A stretch of 64,000 nucleotides of DNA from Basidiobolus meristosporus CBS 931.73 (GCA_002104905.1 MCFE01000505.1:1362-65361); one strand, 5' to 3'; counted from the first letter of the stretch, positions 35,613 through 49,140 are shown. A program made the numbers and translations. The notes: generated by a model not told the origin, from the sequence alone.

Positions 35613-37117
35613 TTATCTGAGTCTAGGCTTTTGCCCCATAACAAAGGCTCGACTAAACACCATGAGGCCGAGTGGAACACGGGGCTCTGCCATGAGGTGA
35701 AGTTCAATCCAATCTTCCAACGAGCGACGCAACTGAACTGGGGGAAGATCGACGCCCCGCCTACATCAATCAACAATGTTAATGGCCTGAGAATGGTATG
35801 ATTGATGTGGTGTGAAATAGCTGACATTCCGCGTTCTTCGTTCGCAGCCTGAAGCTCCTCGAACGTCAAAGACTCTACTCCTTCTTTTTGGATCAACTGT
35901 AAAAAATTCATCCGGGTAAGTATACAGCATCAGGGGGGGGGGAAGGTGAGATTGGTTCCAAGTAAAACACGAACTTTGTCGTCGATTGTCAAATATTCGA
36001 AATGCTTCTTGAGTCTATTCTCTAGCATTTTCCTGGTACCAATCTCCGACAGGCCCATGTATCTGACGGGAATGGTCGACATGATTAGTTGGTAGAAAAC
36101 GTGACCTACTCCCACAGTTCGCTTTACCTGCAGTATCCCTTTAGCCAGTTGCGATTGATGTTGGCCAAATCGAAGTCCCCTGGGAATTTCTTGGCTAGCT
36201 GAGCCACCTTACTCATGTCTTTGAAATCCTTCAACTTGATCTGATGCGCACCCGTTAGCTCTTTGGCAAGGGTTTCTTTACCGACTACACCCTACTCACT
36301 TGATTCTGCACAGATGACTTTAGTACATTTCTGGTGATGACCGCACGTTTCTCGTTAACTTTGTTGCGTTGCTTCTCCTGAATATTGGGCGATTGTTAGG
36401 TTGGTTCGATGAACGCAAGATGAGATATCATGGGTACCAGTTGGGATGCGGTGACACAAGTTGATGGTACAAAGCGAGGGGCAAAGCCGATAATAAGAGG
36501 GATGACCTCTGGTAGAACAAGAGCAAGCATACCAAAGGGAATAAGCTTACGAAAATCCCTTGGAGCTTTGCTAACCTAAAGCCCGACCGAACCGAGCAAA
36601 AGAATCCCTTCCTGTTAATAAACATCCCTGACCGGTTCGAGAAGTGACTGTCTTACCAGTTGGAATTCCTTTCTGGTCAGCTGGTATCCCTGGGATTGCC
36701 GGATTTTCAGCAGCTTGGTTTTCTCGTTGTTCACCCAAACCTGCTTCAGGCCGTTCTTGTAAAAACGGGCGAGCTCCTTCATCTTCTCCCAGCTGAGGTT
36801 GTCCGCCCAGCTCTGGATCCTCTCTTGGATGGTCATAGGCGGCTTGGCCGTTGAGTACACGCGAGAGTAGGCGCCGTTTCTGGAATACGGTTAGCTACAC
36901 AGACAACAGTTGAAGTCTCCAGTGTAGGAAACACCTACCTGACAAAACCGACGTGTCGTGACCAGGTACTATTTGTAGAGTGGTCGGGTTAGTGGCGGCC
37001 CTAATGCGGGTGAAGAAATACCGCTACATACTAGTTCGTGGACACTCGAGGCTGGAAATGGAATACACCAGGCACACGCTTAATGGGCCGAAAAACTACA
37101 CGACTTGCACTCTGCAT
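35613..37117 (-). CDS. Mitochondrial LETM1-domain protein (LETMD1/Mdm38-Ylh47-like), multi-exon
   Basis: Basic presequence MQSASRVVFRPIKRVP; FYKNGLKQVW...GYQLTRKEFQLVRQS; IQKEGVESLTFEELQAANEERG; LRRSLEDWIELH...VPLGLMVFSR. Confidence 0.75.
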
Positions 37118-37270
37118 CTTTAACGGGAAAGCTACTCCACTGATAGAGAAGCACTTGAATTTTAGAAATTTTCAATCTTAATTGGCATCCACGATAGGAA
37201 TTATTCTGGGGGAGGGGGATTTCGTTAAATTTGTATGTAAATGGAAGGAAGCCGCCAGGAAAATGAAAAA

Positions 37271-37352
37271 GGTGAGATGGCCGAGTGGTCCAAGGCGCTG
37301 CGTTCAGGTCGCAGTCTCTTCGGAGGCGTGGGTTCGAACCCCACTCTCATCA
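37271..37352 (+). tRNA. tRNA-Leu (anticodon CAG), intronless, long variable arm
   Basis: GGTGAGA/TCTCATC acceptor stem, A-box TGGCCGAGTGG, anticodon arm CTGCG-TTCAGGT-CGCAG, variable arm, T-loop GGTTCGAACCC, downstream TTTT Pol III terminator. Confidence 0.97.
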
Positions 37353-37895
37353 TTTTGAATGGAGCCACTTTTGTTGACCAAATGCCGACGATCCAACCAA
37401 TATATACTGGCTCCAGCAATTGTGCCACGAATATATTATGTGTAGCCTGTTATGTATGAAATAATCGGCAACAAATGACCAGTCTAAATGCTACACTCAT
37501 ATTGTTTGCATGAATATGTTAAACAAATCTAGATTAGCTGCAGGTATGGGTGATTGCAAAGACTTTCTCTTAAGAAGCAGCCGTTCGCCGACACAAATGC
37601 CTTTTATCTTTACGGTCCTTGTATCTAAGTATACCCACCCTTCCCCCCTAACTAATCATCTGGGTGATACATCGTATCTCAGCAATCAATCTTGTGCGTT
37701 CTCTTATACCTCATCTCTGCATAGTTGTCGAGGTTCCATTGAAAGTTTATTTATTTATTCTAGCTTCCCTTATACAGCACACCACTAAACTAGAGCCCAC
37801 TTATTCCCCCCTTTCCCCTTCAGAAGAGAGTAACCTGCGAGCACATATAGTAGAGTTCGCTAGTAGCCAGAAAACCCTTACTCTACCCACATGCA

Positions 37896-39363
37896 ATGCG
37901 CTTCTCTCAGCTCTTTCTAATCCCTATTTCTCTTGCTGTGCTTCAACCAGCACTCGTCCCTGCAGAAACTCTACTTACCGGAGACCAAGTATGCATTGAC
38001 AGTCTCACACCCTGGCTTAAGAACTCTAAAGTGAGGGTGGAATGCGGGGTGGTGGAGAATCCCAACGCCTTCAAGGGTGACCGGGTGATGACTTCCGGGC
38101 CGGAGGCGACTAACATGCAACTGAATCTCCAGTGCACCGCTAACAAAGCACAATGCAACAAGGTCCGCGCGGCATTCGACACCGCCTTCAAACTGATCTC
38201 CAACACGGTCGTGTTGAATGAGCCCTTAACGGTGAACGCATCGTTCGTGAGCTTTTGTCAGGAGTACAAGGAATGCAGCTCGCAATACAAAATCCTGGGT
38301 AACTATCCCGCTTGCTCCCATGAGCCGCAAGATATACTAACCACTCGCCGTCTAAAGGAAGCGCGGGACCAGCCAGGACCATTGTTATGACTGACGACGA
38401 CGGTAAGCCCCGGCTGTTTCCTCAAGCACTGCTGAAGCAGAAAGGCTTGACGAAGCATCCCAAATTCATTCCCTTTGACATCATCGCGGCATTCAACGCG
38501 GATGTGGATTTCTGGTTCGAGGTAAGTTCCATTGGCCAATCGGTGACCACGCATCCCGCTCACCACCTCCAACGTAGGGCGATGGCTCGATCAAATCCAC
38601 GCAGAGCGATTTTCTGTTTGTCATCGTCCACGAATTGATCCACGGGCTGGGATTCTCTTCCGCTTGGATGGACTACATGAACGACGTCCCGAAGTTCCTG
38701 ACCCCCAACATCCTGATCTCGAATTCCTCCGACCTCTACGTGTTCAACGGCTTCGTGGAGAACATCTTCGATAAGTACCTGGTCGAGTACCCGTCGCTCA
38801 CCCCACTCACCGAGACCACCGACTCGCTGAACGCCTTCGCCAGCGGCCCCGGAACCATCTTCAACAGCGAGGAGGAGTTCTCGACCATGTTCGCGCACTC
38901 TCCCCAGGCGGATGTGGCCAAGCGGACGTTCAGCCTGGCGACCACCGGGAAGACCCTGGCGTTCCTGCCCAAGAACATCACCGGCGCCGAGAAGCCCGTC
39001 ATCCTGGAGACCTCGTTGAGCCCGTATGCCCAGGGGAGCTCGGTGTCCCACGTGGATTTCAAAACCTACTCCAACACCCCGGATTTTTTGATGAGATACA
39101 TGGAGGATCGCGGGGTCTCCCTCGAGACGACCGTCTACAAGACGGGCAACAACCCCGGCGGCGCGGTCGGCCCCCAGGTGAGTTTGATCTTGCAGTCGTT
39201 GGGATACACCATCAACCCCAATCCCAGGCCACTGTTTGAAATCCTGCCCATGTCTGGGGGGTCTGACGCATCCCTACTGGGCACCAACAACAGCCCCACC
39301 TGCGGAAGGGGACTCGGCCTGATGCTTGGAATGCTGACCGGCCTGCTCTACACGACCCTCTAG
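37896..39363 (+). CDS. Secreted, possibly GPI-anchored putative zinc metalloprotease (HExxH), 3 exons
   Basis: Signal peptide; Cys-containing N-terminal region; DFLFVIVHELIHGLGF; distal GSSVSHVD; hydrophobic C-terminus LGLMLGMLTGLLYTTL. Confidence 0.7.
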
Positions 39364-39664
39364 TCCCCACCCACCATATTCCATTGATATCTGCACCGTT
39401 GCTCGGTGGCTTCAACCTAATAGTAATCATCATCTAATCGTAATTCCTCGGTACCGTGATGTTGGATTTTTGAGTCCGCCGTCCAACCGGTCCCCCTCCC
39501 CCCTTTGACGCGTACCCTTCCCCCACTACCCACGGCAAATAAACGACGTGTCAGTTTGTCCCGGGAACTGATAATATATTTTTATTCATGTGTGTTCTGG
39601 AGGAAACGATGAGGAGTGAATGTGAGGAAGTGGAATGCTGTTATCGAGGAGGCGTGGTGCCCCA

Positions 39665-41634
39665 TCAGTTGATCCATCTGAGTCCACCCAAGACCGATCG
39701 GGTCTTTCTGGAAAGGGTCTCCTGAACCTTCTCGACCACCCCGTGCTTTCCTTGACGATCGGACAGGAACCATTCCACGATCCCTTGCTGGTCCATCTGC
39801 ACCGTGCCCGACTCGAGGTTCTCCCCGGTGAGCAGTTTGCGGATCTCCTCCTCGCTGGGAAGCGCCATGCGGCGGTGGGGGTACTCGAGGTAGGGCAGGG
39901 CCTCGGGGAGCTCAAGGGAGTGGGCGTGGTTGGCTCCGAAGTACTTCTGCTCTATCAGTTGGTCGCTCACCCCGCTGATGGTGGATGGGCTCCACTTTGG
40001 ATCCCGGGTCTTCGTGATCAGCGCCTTGGTGACCCCTTCGGTGAAGTCGTGCTCGGCCTGTGGGGAGGTGAGGTCGACGGGAAAAGGTGAGTATCGTCCC
40101 CGTGGGAGATGGTGAAGTCCGACCGCTACTTACCAGGAACGACTGCACCAGGTGGTACTCCATCTTGAAGCAGTTGGCGATGTTCATCTTGCGGCCGGAG
40201 CGGAGCGCGCGAAGGGTCACCTTCAGACTGGTGGGGGACATCTCGTTCAGGGTGTTCAGCGTCTTCTTGGTGAAATCGGTGTTCTCCTTCTCGAGCGATT
40301 CGAAGATCTCCTCCACGGTGTCGTGGGCGAAGCATCTGCGCTAGGGGTTAGTGACGTCGCGTAGGGGCGTTACGCTGCCCGGGGCACTTACTTGTCGATG
40401 ACGTTGCGGTGTTTGGCGAGGCTGTACTCGTGTCCGGTGGGCTCCGAGACGAAATCCTCGATGGCGAGGTTGATGACCTCCGGGTCGGATGTATCAAGCT
40501 CGCAAAGTCTCTCCTCCAATGCGTCGAGACGTGCGGCTGGTACGTAGTGAGTGGCGATACCTGCATATCTAGATGGATGGGTTAGCCCGTATGCAACTAT
40601 GCTAGGCCTCGGCTTGTTCCTTACAGAGTGTCCTCTCCCTTGAGCCTGTCTCCGGTCAAGGCTAGGTAGGTACCGGTTTCACCATCCAATCTGGGAAGGA
40701 AGAAGGAGCCTCCGACATCAGGCAAGAAACCGATCTTGGTCTCGGGCATGGCGAATAGGGTGTTCTCGGTGGCGATTCTGAAGGGAGCGTGGACCGAGAG
40801 TCCAACACCGCCGCCCACTTGGTAAGCACTCGTTAGTAAAGATGGTCGTAGTCGTCCATCGCATCAATGCTCGCTTACTGGTGATTCCGTTGATCAAGGC
40901 CACGAATGGGGTCTTTAGGGTAGCAAGAGTGTAGTTGAGTCGGTATTCCTCCTCGAAGAACTTGAGGGCCCCGGGGTCCTTGTTCTGAGCTTTCTTGATA
41001 ACGTCTGTTAACGGGAACTTAGTAGAATTCTTTGGGGTCAGAGACAAATATCGCAGGACCACTCACCAACAACATCGCCCCCAGCACAGTAGGCTTTAGG
41101 GCTGTTGGACTTCATGAGGATGACTTTGCAAAGCTCCGATTGGTCCCAAGCCTAGATACGAAAGTGGAGGTGGTGGGGAGAGGGAGGAGGAATGGTTAAA
41201 GGGCAGAAACGGAGGCGCTCGTTCGAAACCATAGAATACCTGGAGTTGGGGATAAATCTGACGAATCATGGGCAGATTCAACGAGTTCAACACCTTGGGT
41301 CTATTCAATACGAAAGTACGGCCTCCGTAGAGCTTCTGTTGGATAACCTCGTTCTAGTGAAGTTTTGCGTCAGTAACCACAGGATACCCGGGAAGTGGTG
41401 GGCGAAGGTGGATGCATACCTGTCGAGGGCTAATTGTGCTGTAGGATCTCTCAACCTTCAAGCGAAGAGGGACATGCAAGAGTAAACAACGCAAGAAACG
41501 TAAGTTGACACGAAGGGAATGCTGTATGTGGAGAATGGGCACAGTACTTGTGGGAGAGCCGGCGCTCTCGCGCTCAAGACCCTGACGGGAGAGGGGCCTT
41601 TGCCGAGGTGGTTGAGTAAGGAGGCTCTTAACAT
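39665..41634 (-). CDS. EHD3: Mitochondrial 3-hydroxyisobutyryl-CoA hydrolase (crotonase fold), multi-exon
   Basis: [95 protein letters not shown]. Confidence 0.93.
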
Positions 41635-41998
41635 TATCAAAGTGACAGACAGGAACGGTCGAAGTGAAGAAACCCGAGGGGTATGTGCCTTGGAAAGAGC
41701 AAAATGGGGGGGCGGATGGGAGTTATGGTTCGATAGCAAAGAATAAATTCTCGACGTTGGCTGTCCGGCCGAAAAGGAAAATTTGCACCTTCGATGGCTC
41801 CAGTCGATCACACCACCGTGACATTGATTTGATCAATTTTCACCGACCTCACATTCCGTCAAATCGCCCCCTCCCCCTCCCGATTATGCTGAATCATTTG
41901 CTGGTTTCTCGATATGGTGGCTTATCACCACCTGGCATTTATTGGCATTTCTCAATACACTGTGCGCCTCGCATTAGATCATGTAGAGCGGTGCCGAC

Positions 41999-44262
41999 TC
42001 ACCTTCGTCTCCTTCCCTTTTTCCCCTTGTCCGCTGGGCCTGGGTTGGGATTGGGATTGGGATTGGGCTCGATCAGAAGCGTGCCTTCCGCCAACTCCGG
42101 GGATTGCTGAATCTTCTGCTGCGTGTCCAGGAAGAACATGAGGTCCCGCACTTGCTCTTGCAGATCCGCGATGGTTCGGTCCTTCTCGGCGGACTGTCGG
42201 ATCAGTTGCTCTTGATTCTCCCGTAGCGCTGCGTTCATCTGTGTTTGCCGAGGTGGTCAGAGCACGCAAAGGGACGGGGCCATCGTTCACGGAACATACC
42301 TCTTTCTCTTCCTTCCACTCGGTTTCCAGCTTCCCAAGCTTCTCGCTCAGCTTCTCCTGCTTCTTCTCGCTGTTTCGCTTCTCTCGTACCAGATGGGGGA
42401 TGTCGTTTTCCTGCAATGTCCGGCGTAACTCCGCCTGCGTTTCGAATTCGCCTCGGAGCACGTTGAACTGGTTGGTGATGGAGTTGAGCTGAGTGGCCAG
42501 GGCAGTGATCTGCTGCGTCAACGTGTCCAGTTGGCCTTCGTAGAAATTCCTTTGGGACTCCAGCTGCGAGCTCAACAGCGAGGAGTACTCCATGTCGATC
42601 GAGTCCAATTTGTCCTGCGTTGGATGGTATGTTACGGGCTGTACGCGAGTGCGCTATGGGAACTTCAGCCTACCTGGCTTATCGGGTTTCTGGAGATGTT
42701 CCCCGATTCGATCTGACCGACTGGCCCCGGTAGCTCCACCAGCTTGCCATCGGATTTGTTCTGGATCAATCGATGCACGTAACTAATGACCCTGTTGTCA
42801 GTAACGCCCTTGTTGAATCCTGCTCGGCCACCTTACCCATCGCCCGCATAGTCCCATACTCTCTGGGTCTCCAGCTCCAGAGAATAGAGATGACTCGTCT
42901 CCAGATAATGGTTGTGCGCGTGTGCATCCCGATACCTGTGAGGGAGCAAGCGTCAGTTCTGGCCAGCATCGAGGTTGGCATGAACCTGCGTACCTTCCGC
43001 AACCAATGTTGCCACATATCAGGCAGATCCAAAGATCCTCGTTGTTCCCACACTCCGAGCACCGGTTCGTCTCCTCTCCTTGATCCACCGTCTTCTGGCT
43101 GTACCGACAGACCGGGCAACTACCGTCCTGCCACTTGCTCAGGCAGTGGCAATGGAAAGTGTGTTGGCACAAGATGGTCAACAGGCCAGAGACGGACGCA
43201 TCCATGCGCTCCAGACACACCGGACATGTCGGCAGCTCGACCATCGAAAGTATCTGGTTCCCGCTGGCCGATTCCGGTGCGCCCGAACCCGGGTTCATGT
43301 CGTGGCTGGTGGGAAATGCGTACGATGGAATGGTGACGCTCCTGTAGTCGATGCTTTTGATGTAGACCACATGGCAGATCTCCGGCTAATAACGGTGGTT
43401 AGTGCTGATTTTCAGGTGGGGCGAGCCAGCTTACCTCCATCGAGTTGAACGCACGTCCATTGAACTCCTTGTAGAACTCCCTCGCCATCTCGGCCTCTCG
43501 AAACTTCAGCAGCACCAGAAACTTGTTCGGGGAAGAGTCTCTGGCGGTAGTCCCAGGGTTAGCGAGGCCGGCGAAATCAAGTGCAACCGGAGGAAATTAC
43601 CTGATGATTCGGAAATGGGACACGTCCTTTTTGTAGGACCCAACGAAGCCGACAAAGTCCATGGGGGTCATGTAGGAGGGGACCGCCAGGACGCTCAGCA
43701 CATTCCCCAAGCTCTCCTGGGCTTCGTGGGAGCCGGCGGAGCCCTCCACCGCGGCCTGGCTCTCCTCGGTCGAAAAGGAGATCTCCTTGACGTCTCTGTA
43801 CAGCCTCAGCACACCTATATCCAAGCTGGTCGAGCCGATCTTGGTCGGGACAAAATGGCCCACCGGCGTCGGGACCGGGTTTTTGGTTCGCGTTTGCGGG
43901 CCGTTGGCCTGACTTGCTTTTCTATAAAGGGGTAGTGTGGGGGCGTGGTTTTGAGGGTCAGCGACATTTGGTGCGGAAGGGGAGGTATTTACACGAGGAG
44001 GTTCACCGGTGAATTCGGGGCTATCTGTTTCCTCCATGGCGTACCAGTCGATCTTCAACGTACCGATCCGATAGTCGAAGCTTCTCAAGTCTTTCAAGTG
44101 CTGTTGTGCGGCTGCTTGTCGTCTAGAGGGATGGTCAAGAGTGCGAAGCAATTCCTGTGGCGTGTTCCCAAATAGATCCAACGGCTGATACTTGGTATGA
44201 GGGTTGTGTCGGGTGGATTCTCTAGAGCGATAGAAGTCAATCCTCAAACGATAATAGTACAT
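41999..44262 (-). CDS. ETP1: BRAP2/IMP-type RING E3 ubiquitin ligase (BRAP2 + RING + ZnF-UBP + coiled coil), multi-exon
   Basis: LSVLAVPSYMTPMDFVGFV; ELPTCPVCLERMDASVSGLLTILCQHTFHCHCLSKW; LWICLICGNIGCGRY; QRVWDYAGDG; LLSSQLESQRNFYE; DLQEQVRDLMFFL. Confidence 0.93.
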
Positions 44263-44502
44263 GGACTCTTCAACGTAAGACTGGATTGGGTTCGAAGTGC
44301 TGAACCCTCTGGAGCCCTAGCTGAATAATTCCCTGATCTTCCCAATTGGGAGATATCCGGAGATGTGCCAGCGGATAGGGTCCGAATTTATTGGTCGAGG
44401 CATGCCTCGCGATTCGACTGCTCTGTTGAATGTCCAGATACTCATGACGTAGCACTGTGGGGATTCAAGTGCCTTGGATCCTTCCGTGACGTGACGCCCA
44501 CC

Positions 44503-44827
44503 ATGAATTCCTCGAGTTTGGAGCGTGCAAGAGACAGTGCCTTGATGGGCGGCACTATCGGCCTGTGCATCGGGTTGGTTTTCGGGACCGTCACCGTAAT
44601 AAGGTAAGTCCAGTTATTTTGAGGTCGGCAAGCTTTGACCCAACCAAACTCTGGCTAGAAACGGCCCTGGTCGAAACGGCGTTGTCCAAACCCTTGGCCG
44701 CTACATGATCTCGTCCTCCGCGACCTTCGGCTTCTTCATGGGGGTTGGCAGTGTTGTGCGCAACGACGGCGCCTTGAAGCACGTCAACTCCAGAATACCC
44801 ATCCATGTAAACCCCCAAAAAGAATAA
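44503..44827 (+). CDS. MGR2: TIM23-associated Mgr2/ROMO1 small membrane protein (2 exons)
   Basis: MGGTIGLCIGLVFG...R|NGPG...LGRYMISSSATFGFFMGVGSVVR. Confidence 0.88.
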
Positions 44828-45045
44828 ACCTGACTTCTACCCCACCTCCACCCCGCGCCAACGCTTCGTTCACCAACACCATATCGGCCCCCGTGGCCAA
44901 CCAACCTTGGGCCGGGCTCGGGCTCGGGCTCTATTCTCTTATGATGTTGTCTTTTTATTATGTTGGAAGTAATCCTTGTCAAGAAAGAACAAAATGAGTA
45001 CATGTACAGGTAAGTATGATTTTCAAACGGAGTCACGGCGAAGGA

Positions 45046-48000
45046 CTAAAACAGATTTTCCTGGGCAACCGCTAGAAGCATCGGGTCATCAAAGTACTTG
45101 TTGATACTGACATCCTCGCTTAAACCCTAGTGTGGCATTGGTCATGTTAGTACCGTCTCTCGAGGGACTCCCTCACGTAATGTAAACCGTACCTTTCTAC
45201 GACGAGTCTTGAGCATGAAGTCACGGGCCAGATGAGGAGCTGGGCTGGGCTCCAAGGGGCGAAGCACAATACTCTTGTCCAATGGGTCTCCTGGGACAAT
45301 CTGCCAGTGGTCAAAGATTTGTTGGCAGAAGGCTTGTCCTTGAGTGTGTGTTCTGAGATCCGTTTCGAACCCGCAAGCATCGATTACCGGGACGTAGGCC
45401 TTCACGGTGTAAAGCGGGGAGCCCGCCTTCGGAATGTCTTGGGTGACGTGACCTCTGATAGAAACGAGCCAGTTGGTAAGTGATTCTTTGAGTGCGGGAA
45501 ACAACTTGCTTACCTGCGACGAGCCAGAACAGTGTAAACTGCGGAGACGCAATCGGCCGGGGCCTGAACCTCCACGTAGTAAACTGGCTCCATGAGGCGA
45601 GGGGCAGCAGTCAGGAAAGAGGAGTAGCATACGCGACGGGCAGTTGGAATGATCTGACCACCTCCCCTGTAAATAGGTTCCGGAGCAAGAACTGTGTCTA
45701 GGATCTTGAACTTCACGTTTCTGATGGCTGTTCTCCGTGTAGAAACAATTTAGTCGCAATTAATAAATGCATATTTCATTCGGATTGCTTACGTTCGTCG
45801 CAGAGTGGTCCTTCACGGGTGCCCCATTGGAATCCTTGGCGGATGGAGTCCTTCACTGTCTTCAGCAAGTTCTTGTCGACCTCTGAGGGAAGGGTATCAT
45901 CTAGCAATATGTTTGGACCAGCGTCGGTAGGCCCGAACGCCCAGATGGATCTGGATGCGAGCAAATCCCAGCCGTAGTTCTGCTCGAAGAAGTTGCCGAC
46001 ATTTTTGACCCCCATGTCCAGCGTGACCTTCTGCTTCTCGATATCCTCGGCGATTCCCTTTTCAAGGGGCTCAGCGATCATGGTCAGCTTGTTCCTGCAA
46101 GAGTATCATGAGTCAAAGTCCAGGTCAACCACCTCAAGCTACTTACTTCTTGTTGGGGGTTTCGGCGAAGCATTTGAGGGCGGAGCACTCAACAACTGTC
46201 TCGCAGAATCGAACCACTGGGTCGGCTACCTTGATGTCGATTTCGGCATACATGCGACGTAGATCGTGAAGAACACAATCGAGGTAGATCTCGCCAGTTC
46301 CCAAAACGATGTGCTCGCCAGATTCCTCGACCTTCGTTTCGACTATGCAGTAGCTCTTGTTGATCTTTCTCAGACCATCCAACATTTTGGGGAGTTCGGT
46401 GGGATTCACCGGCTCAATGGCCACCTTCAACACCGATGAGGTGGGGAAACGAAGAGGGCGGAAGATGTAAAGATCCTCATTCGGCGCATACTCGGTCAAT
46501 GTGGCGGTCTTGGTAATGGAGCTGTCGACCCCTCCAATCAGGACCCAGCTGCCGGCAGAAATGCCATCAACCTCAATACGATATCTGGAAAACGTCAAGT
46601 AAGAATACGAACGGCATTGGTTGTGAATGAAGGACAGAAATACCTTGATTCAAAAATACTGATCTCGTTGACTTCCTGGATGGCCATGTCCTCCTCATCA
46701 TCAACCGAATAACCCTCACCTAGCACTCTGATTCTCTGTCCCTTGGTCAAGGTACCGCTGAAGATTCTTCCGAAAGCATCAAAGCGAGAGCAGTCATCCG
46801 TAGGATAGAGCTTGACGATGTGAATCATGAGTGGACCATCAGGATCACACTCACGCATTCCGCGCGCAATCTCCGAATTCATTGGGCCGGTGTAAGTGTG
46901 CTCAATCTTAGCAATAGCCCCATCCACAGGCGAAGGTATATGCTCCATACACATCTCAACGAAACCGCCGGGTGGCCCAAAGAACTCCTGTAGAACTGTG
47001 TAGAGGATATCCTTAATGTCCAACGAGAAGACCTTGGGCTTTAGATGGATACCCAGGCGGCCCAAGGTTTTCTTGAGGTTGGTCTGATCCTGGCTGATTG
47101 TCTAGGTGAAAAACAATCGTAAGCTTCAAATGAAAGATGACCGGTGGTTTGGAAGAAATCTAGGGACCTGAGAGTAGATCTTGTAGATGGGCTCAAGAAC
47201 AAACTGAACAAAGGTTCTTTGACTACCGCTTTCTGTAGGCTTGCGAGTAAATGAACGCTTGGTGGGGTTGAAATATACATCGCCCCAGAGACGCTTGGCA
47301 AAGTCCTCGGTGCTGACACCAGCTGGAAATGACAAAGAATAGTTAGGTGGGATATCCACGAATGGCCTATAAAGTGTCCACTTCTTACGATATGTGTCCG
47401 AGTAAAGCTGGGCGAAGGATTTCAAGGTGAAACACCATCCCATTTGTCCGGAAGCGAAGCACACGTTGTTCCGTTCTGGTGACAGGCGATACTTCTTGCT
47501 ATCAGCAACGCAGGTGCTGATGATACCGTTGACCTCCTCGATGGTATGTCTTAGCTTGAAGTAGGCGTCGGCAGGAGGAAGCTTCAGCTCGAGCATCAGT
47601 CTATCGACCTTGTTGATTACCAATGTAAGAGGGACGTTTTCTTGGATGACGTGTCGGATGATTTGCTCGGTGTTGACCATAACCTGCGTATAGAAAAATC
47701 AATACCGGTACGATAATCAAGAGATTTCTACACCAATTACCCCTTCAACTGCATCCACAATCAGAATTGCTCCGTCTGCTATACGAAGTGCTGCCGTAAC
47801 CTCATCGATAAAGTCGGTATGCCCTGGGGTATCCATAACATTGATGACATGAGACTTTCCCTTGGAGTCTGGGAGAACCAAAGACATGGGCATAGACTTG
47901 ATACTCAACCCGCGCTCCCTTTCTAAACTATGGACATCGGTGTAACGCTCCTGATACACAAAAGTACGATGAGTAAAACTCCTTGCTGGCCTAGGCCAGG

Positions 48001-48718
48001 AAACCCGTATACTTACAGATTTTTCGGCGTCGAACACATGAGTCTGGTTGATCAGCATGTCAACAAACGTGGTTTTTCCGTGGTGCAAATGACCCACCAC
48101 AGCAACGTTACGAGTCAACTGAGGAATCTTCAACAGATCAAAAAGATATCTAATCGGGGGTAGGGGAAGGTCAATCAGGCCATCCTTGGAATAGCGATAA
48201 TAGAAAGTACGAACTCTTTTTGGTAGGTGGTGGTGGGCAGGTTTTCCTCTTTGATCGCGAACGACTTCACCTTGATGGGCTTAACAATAGGCTCGCTCAA
48301 GGGCTGTGCATCTTCTTCCTGAACCAACGTCTCCACGTCCTCTCCATACACTTCCTCCGCACTAGGATAGTAACTTTTATCTTCGTGTAGCACTATTTGA
48401 TTGCGTGGGATTTCTAGATACAAACAGAACGGGTCACTACGTGATGGAGAAAAGCCAATTCGTCAAATGCCGTAAGCTACGTGGGTGACACCATCACGTT
48501 GACGCGTTTTTCTGGGGCATGATCGAGACGTTGGTCAAGCAAAGTTGGTAAATCTTACCATCAACACGCATGAGAGCAGATTCATAGTTGGATTCCTCCT
48601 CTTCTTCCAGCTCCTCCTCCTCGGGTAGTGGGTAGGAAGGGATGTCTTCCTCTTCACTGTCTGAACTAGGAAGATCAGGGCCGATATAGTTACCAAACTC
48701 GTCGTAATTGGAGTTCAT
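45046..48718 (-). CDS. SNU114: U5 snRNP GTPase Snu114/EFTUD2, multi-exon
   Basis: [87 protein letters not shown]. Confidence 0.97.
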
Positions 48719-49140
48719 TGCCTACGTTACTGAGCGTTTAAGCAAACCAACAGAAAAGGTATCTGAAAACTAAACACTAAGTCGATCGGACTTTTCTCTG
48801 ACTACGCAAATTTCGGGATCCCCCTAAGGCTTTTTTTTTCTTATTTTTCGGAGTTCGTTATGCGACTTATGCGACCAACCCGGGGAAGTTGCTTAAGTTT
48901 ATGAAGGATTGATTTCAATAGACTTAACATTGCTTGACTGCGATGCGATTGTGACACCCTAGATTGTCAAGGTTGATTTTGGATTGTGTATGTATGCATC
49001 TTGTATCTTCAAGGGATTTATTGATTGCGAATGAAACATCGAGTAGGTATGCTATGTATAAGGTCTGTATATATGAACTATTAAAAGGTTGATTTACATG
49101 TGAATAATGTCCGCAGTGCAGGTTTGAGATGATGGCAGGA

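Noticed and set aside
44850-45017. Possible U1 snRNA gene starting ATACTTACCTG on the minus strand
   Set aside because: Downstream sequence lacks U1 stem-loops (no GATCAC or ATTGCAC loops) and an Sm site; kept only as a motif observation.
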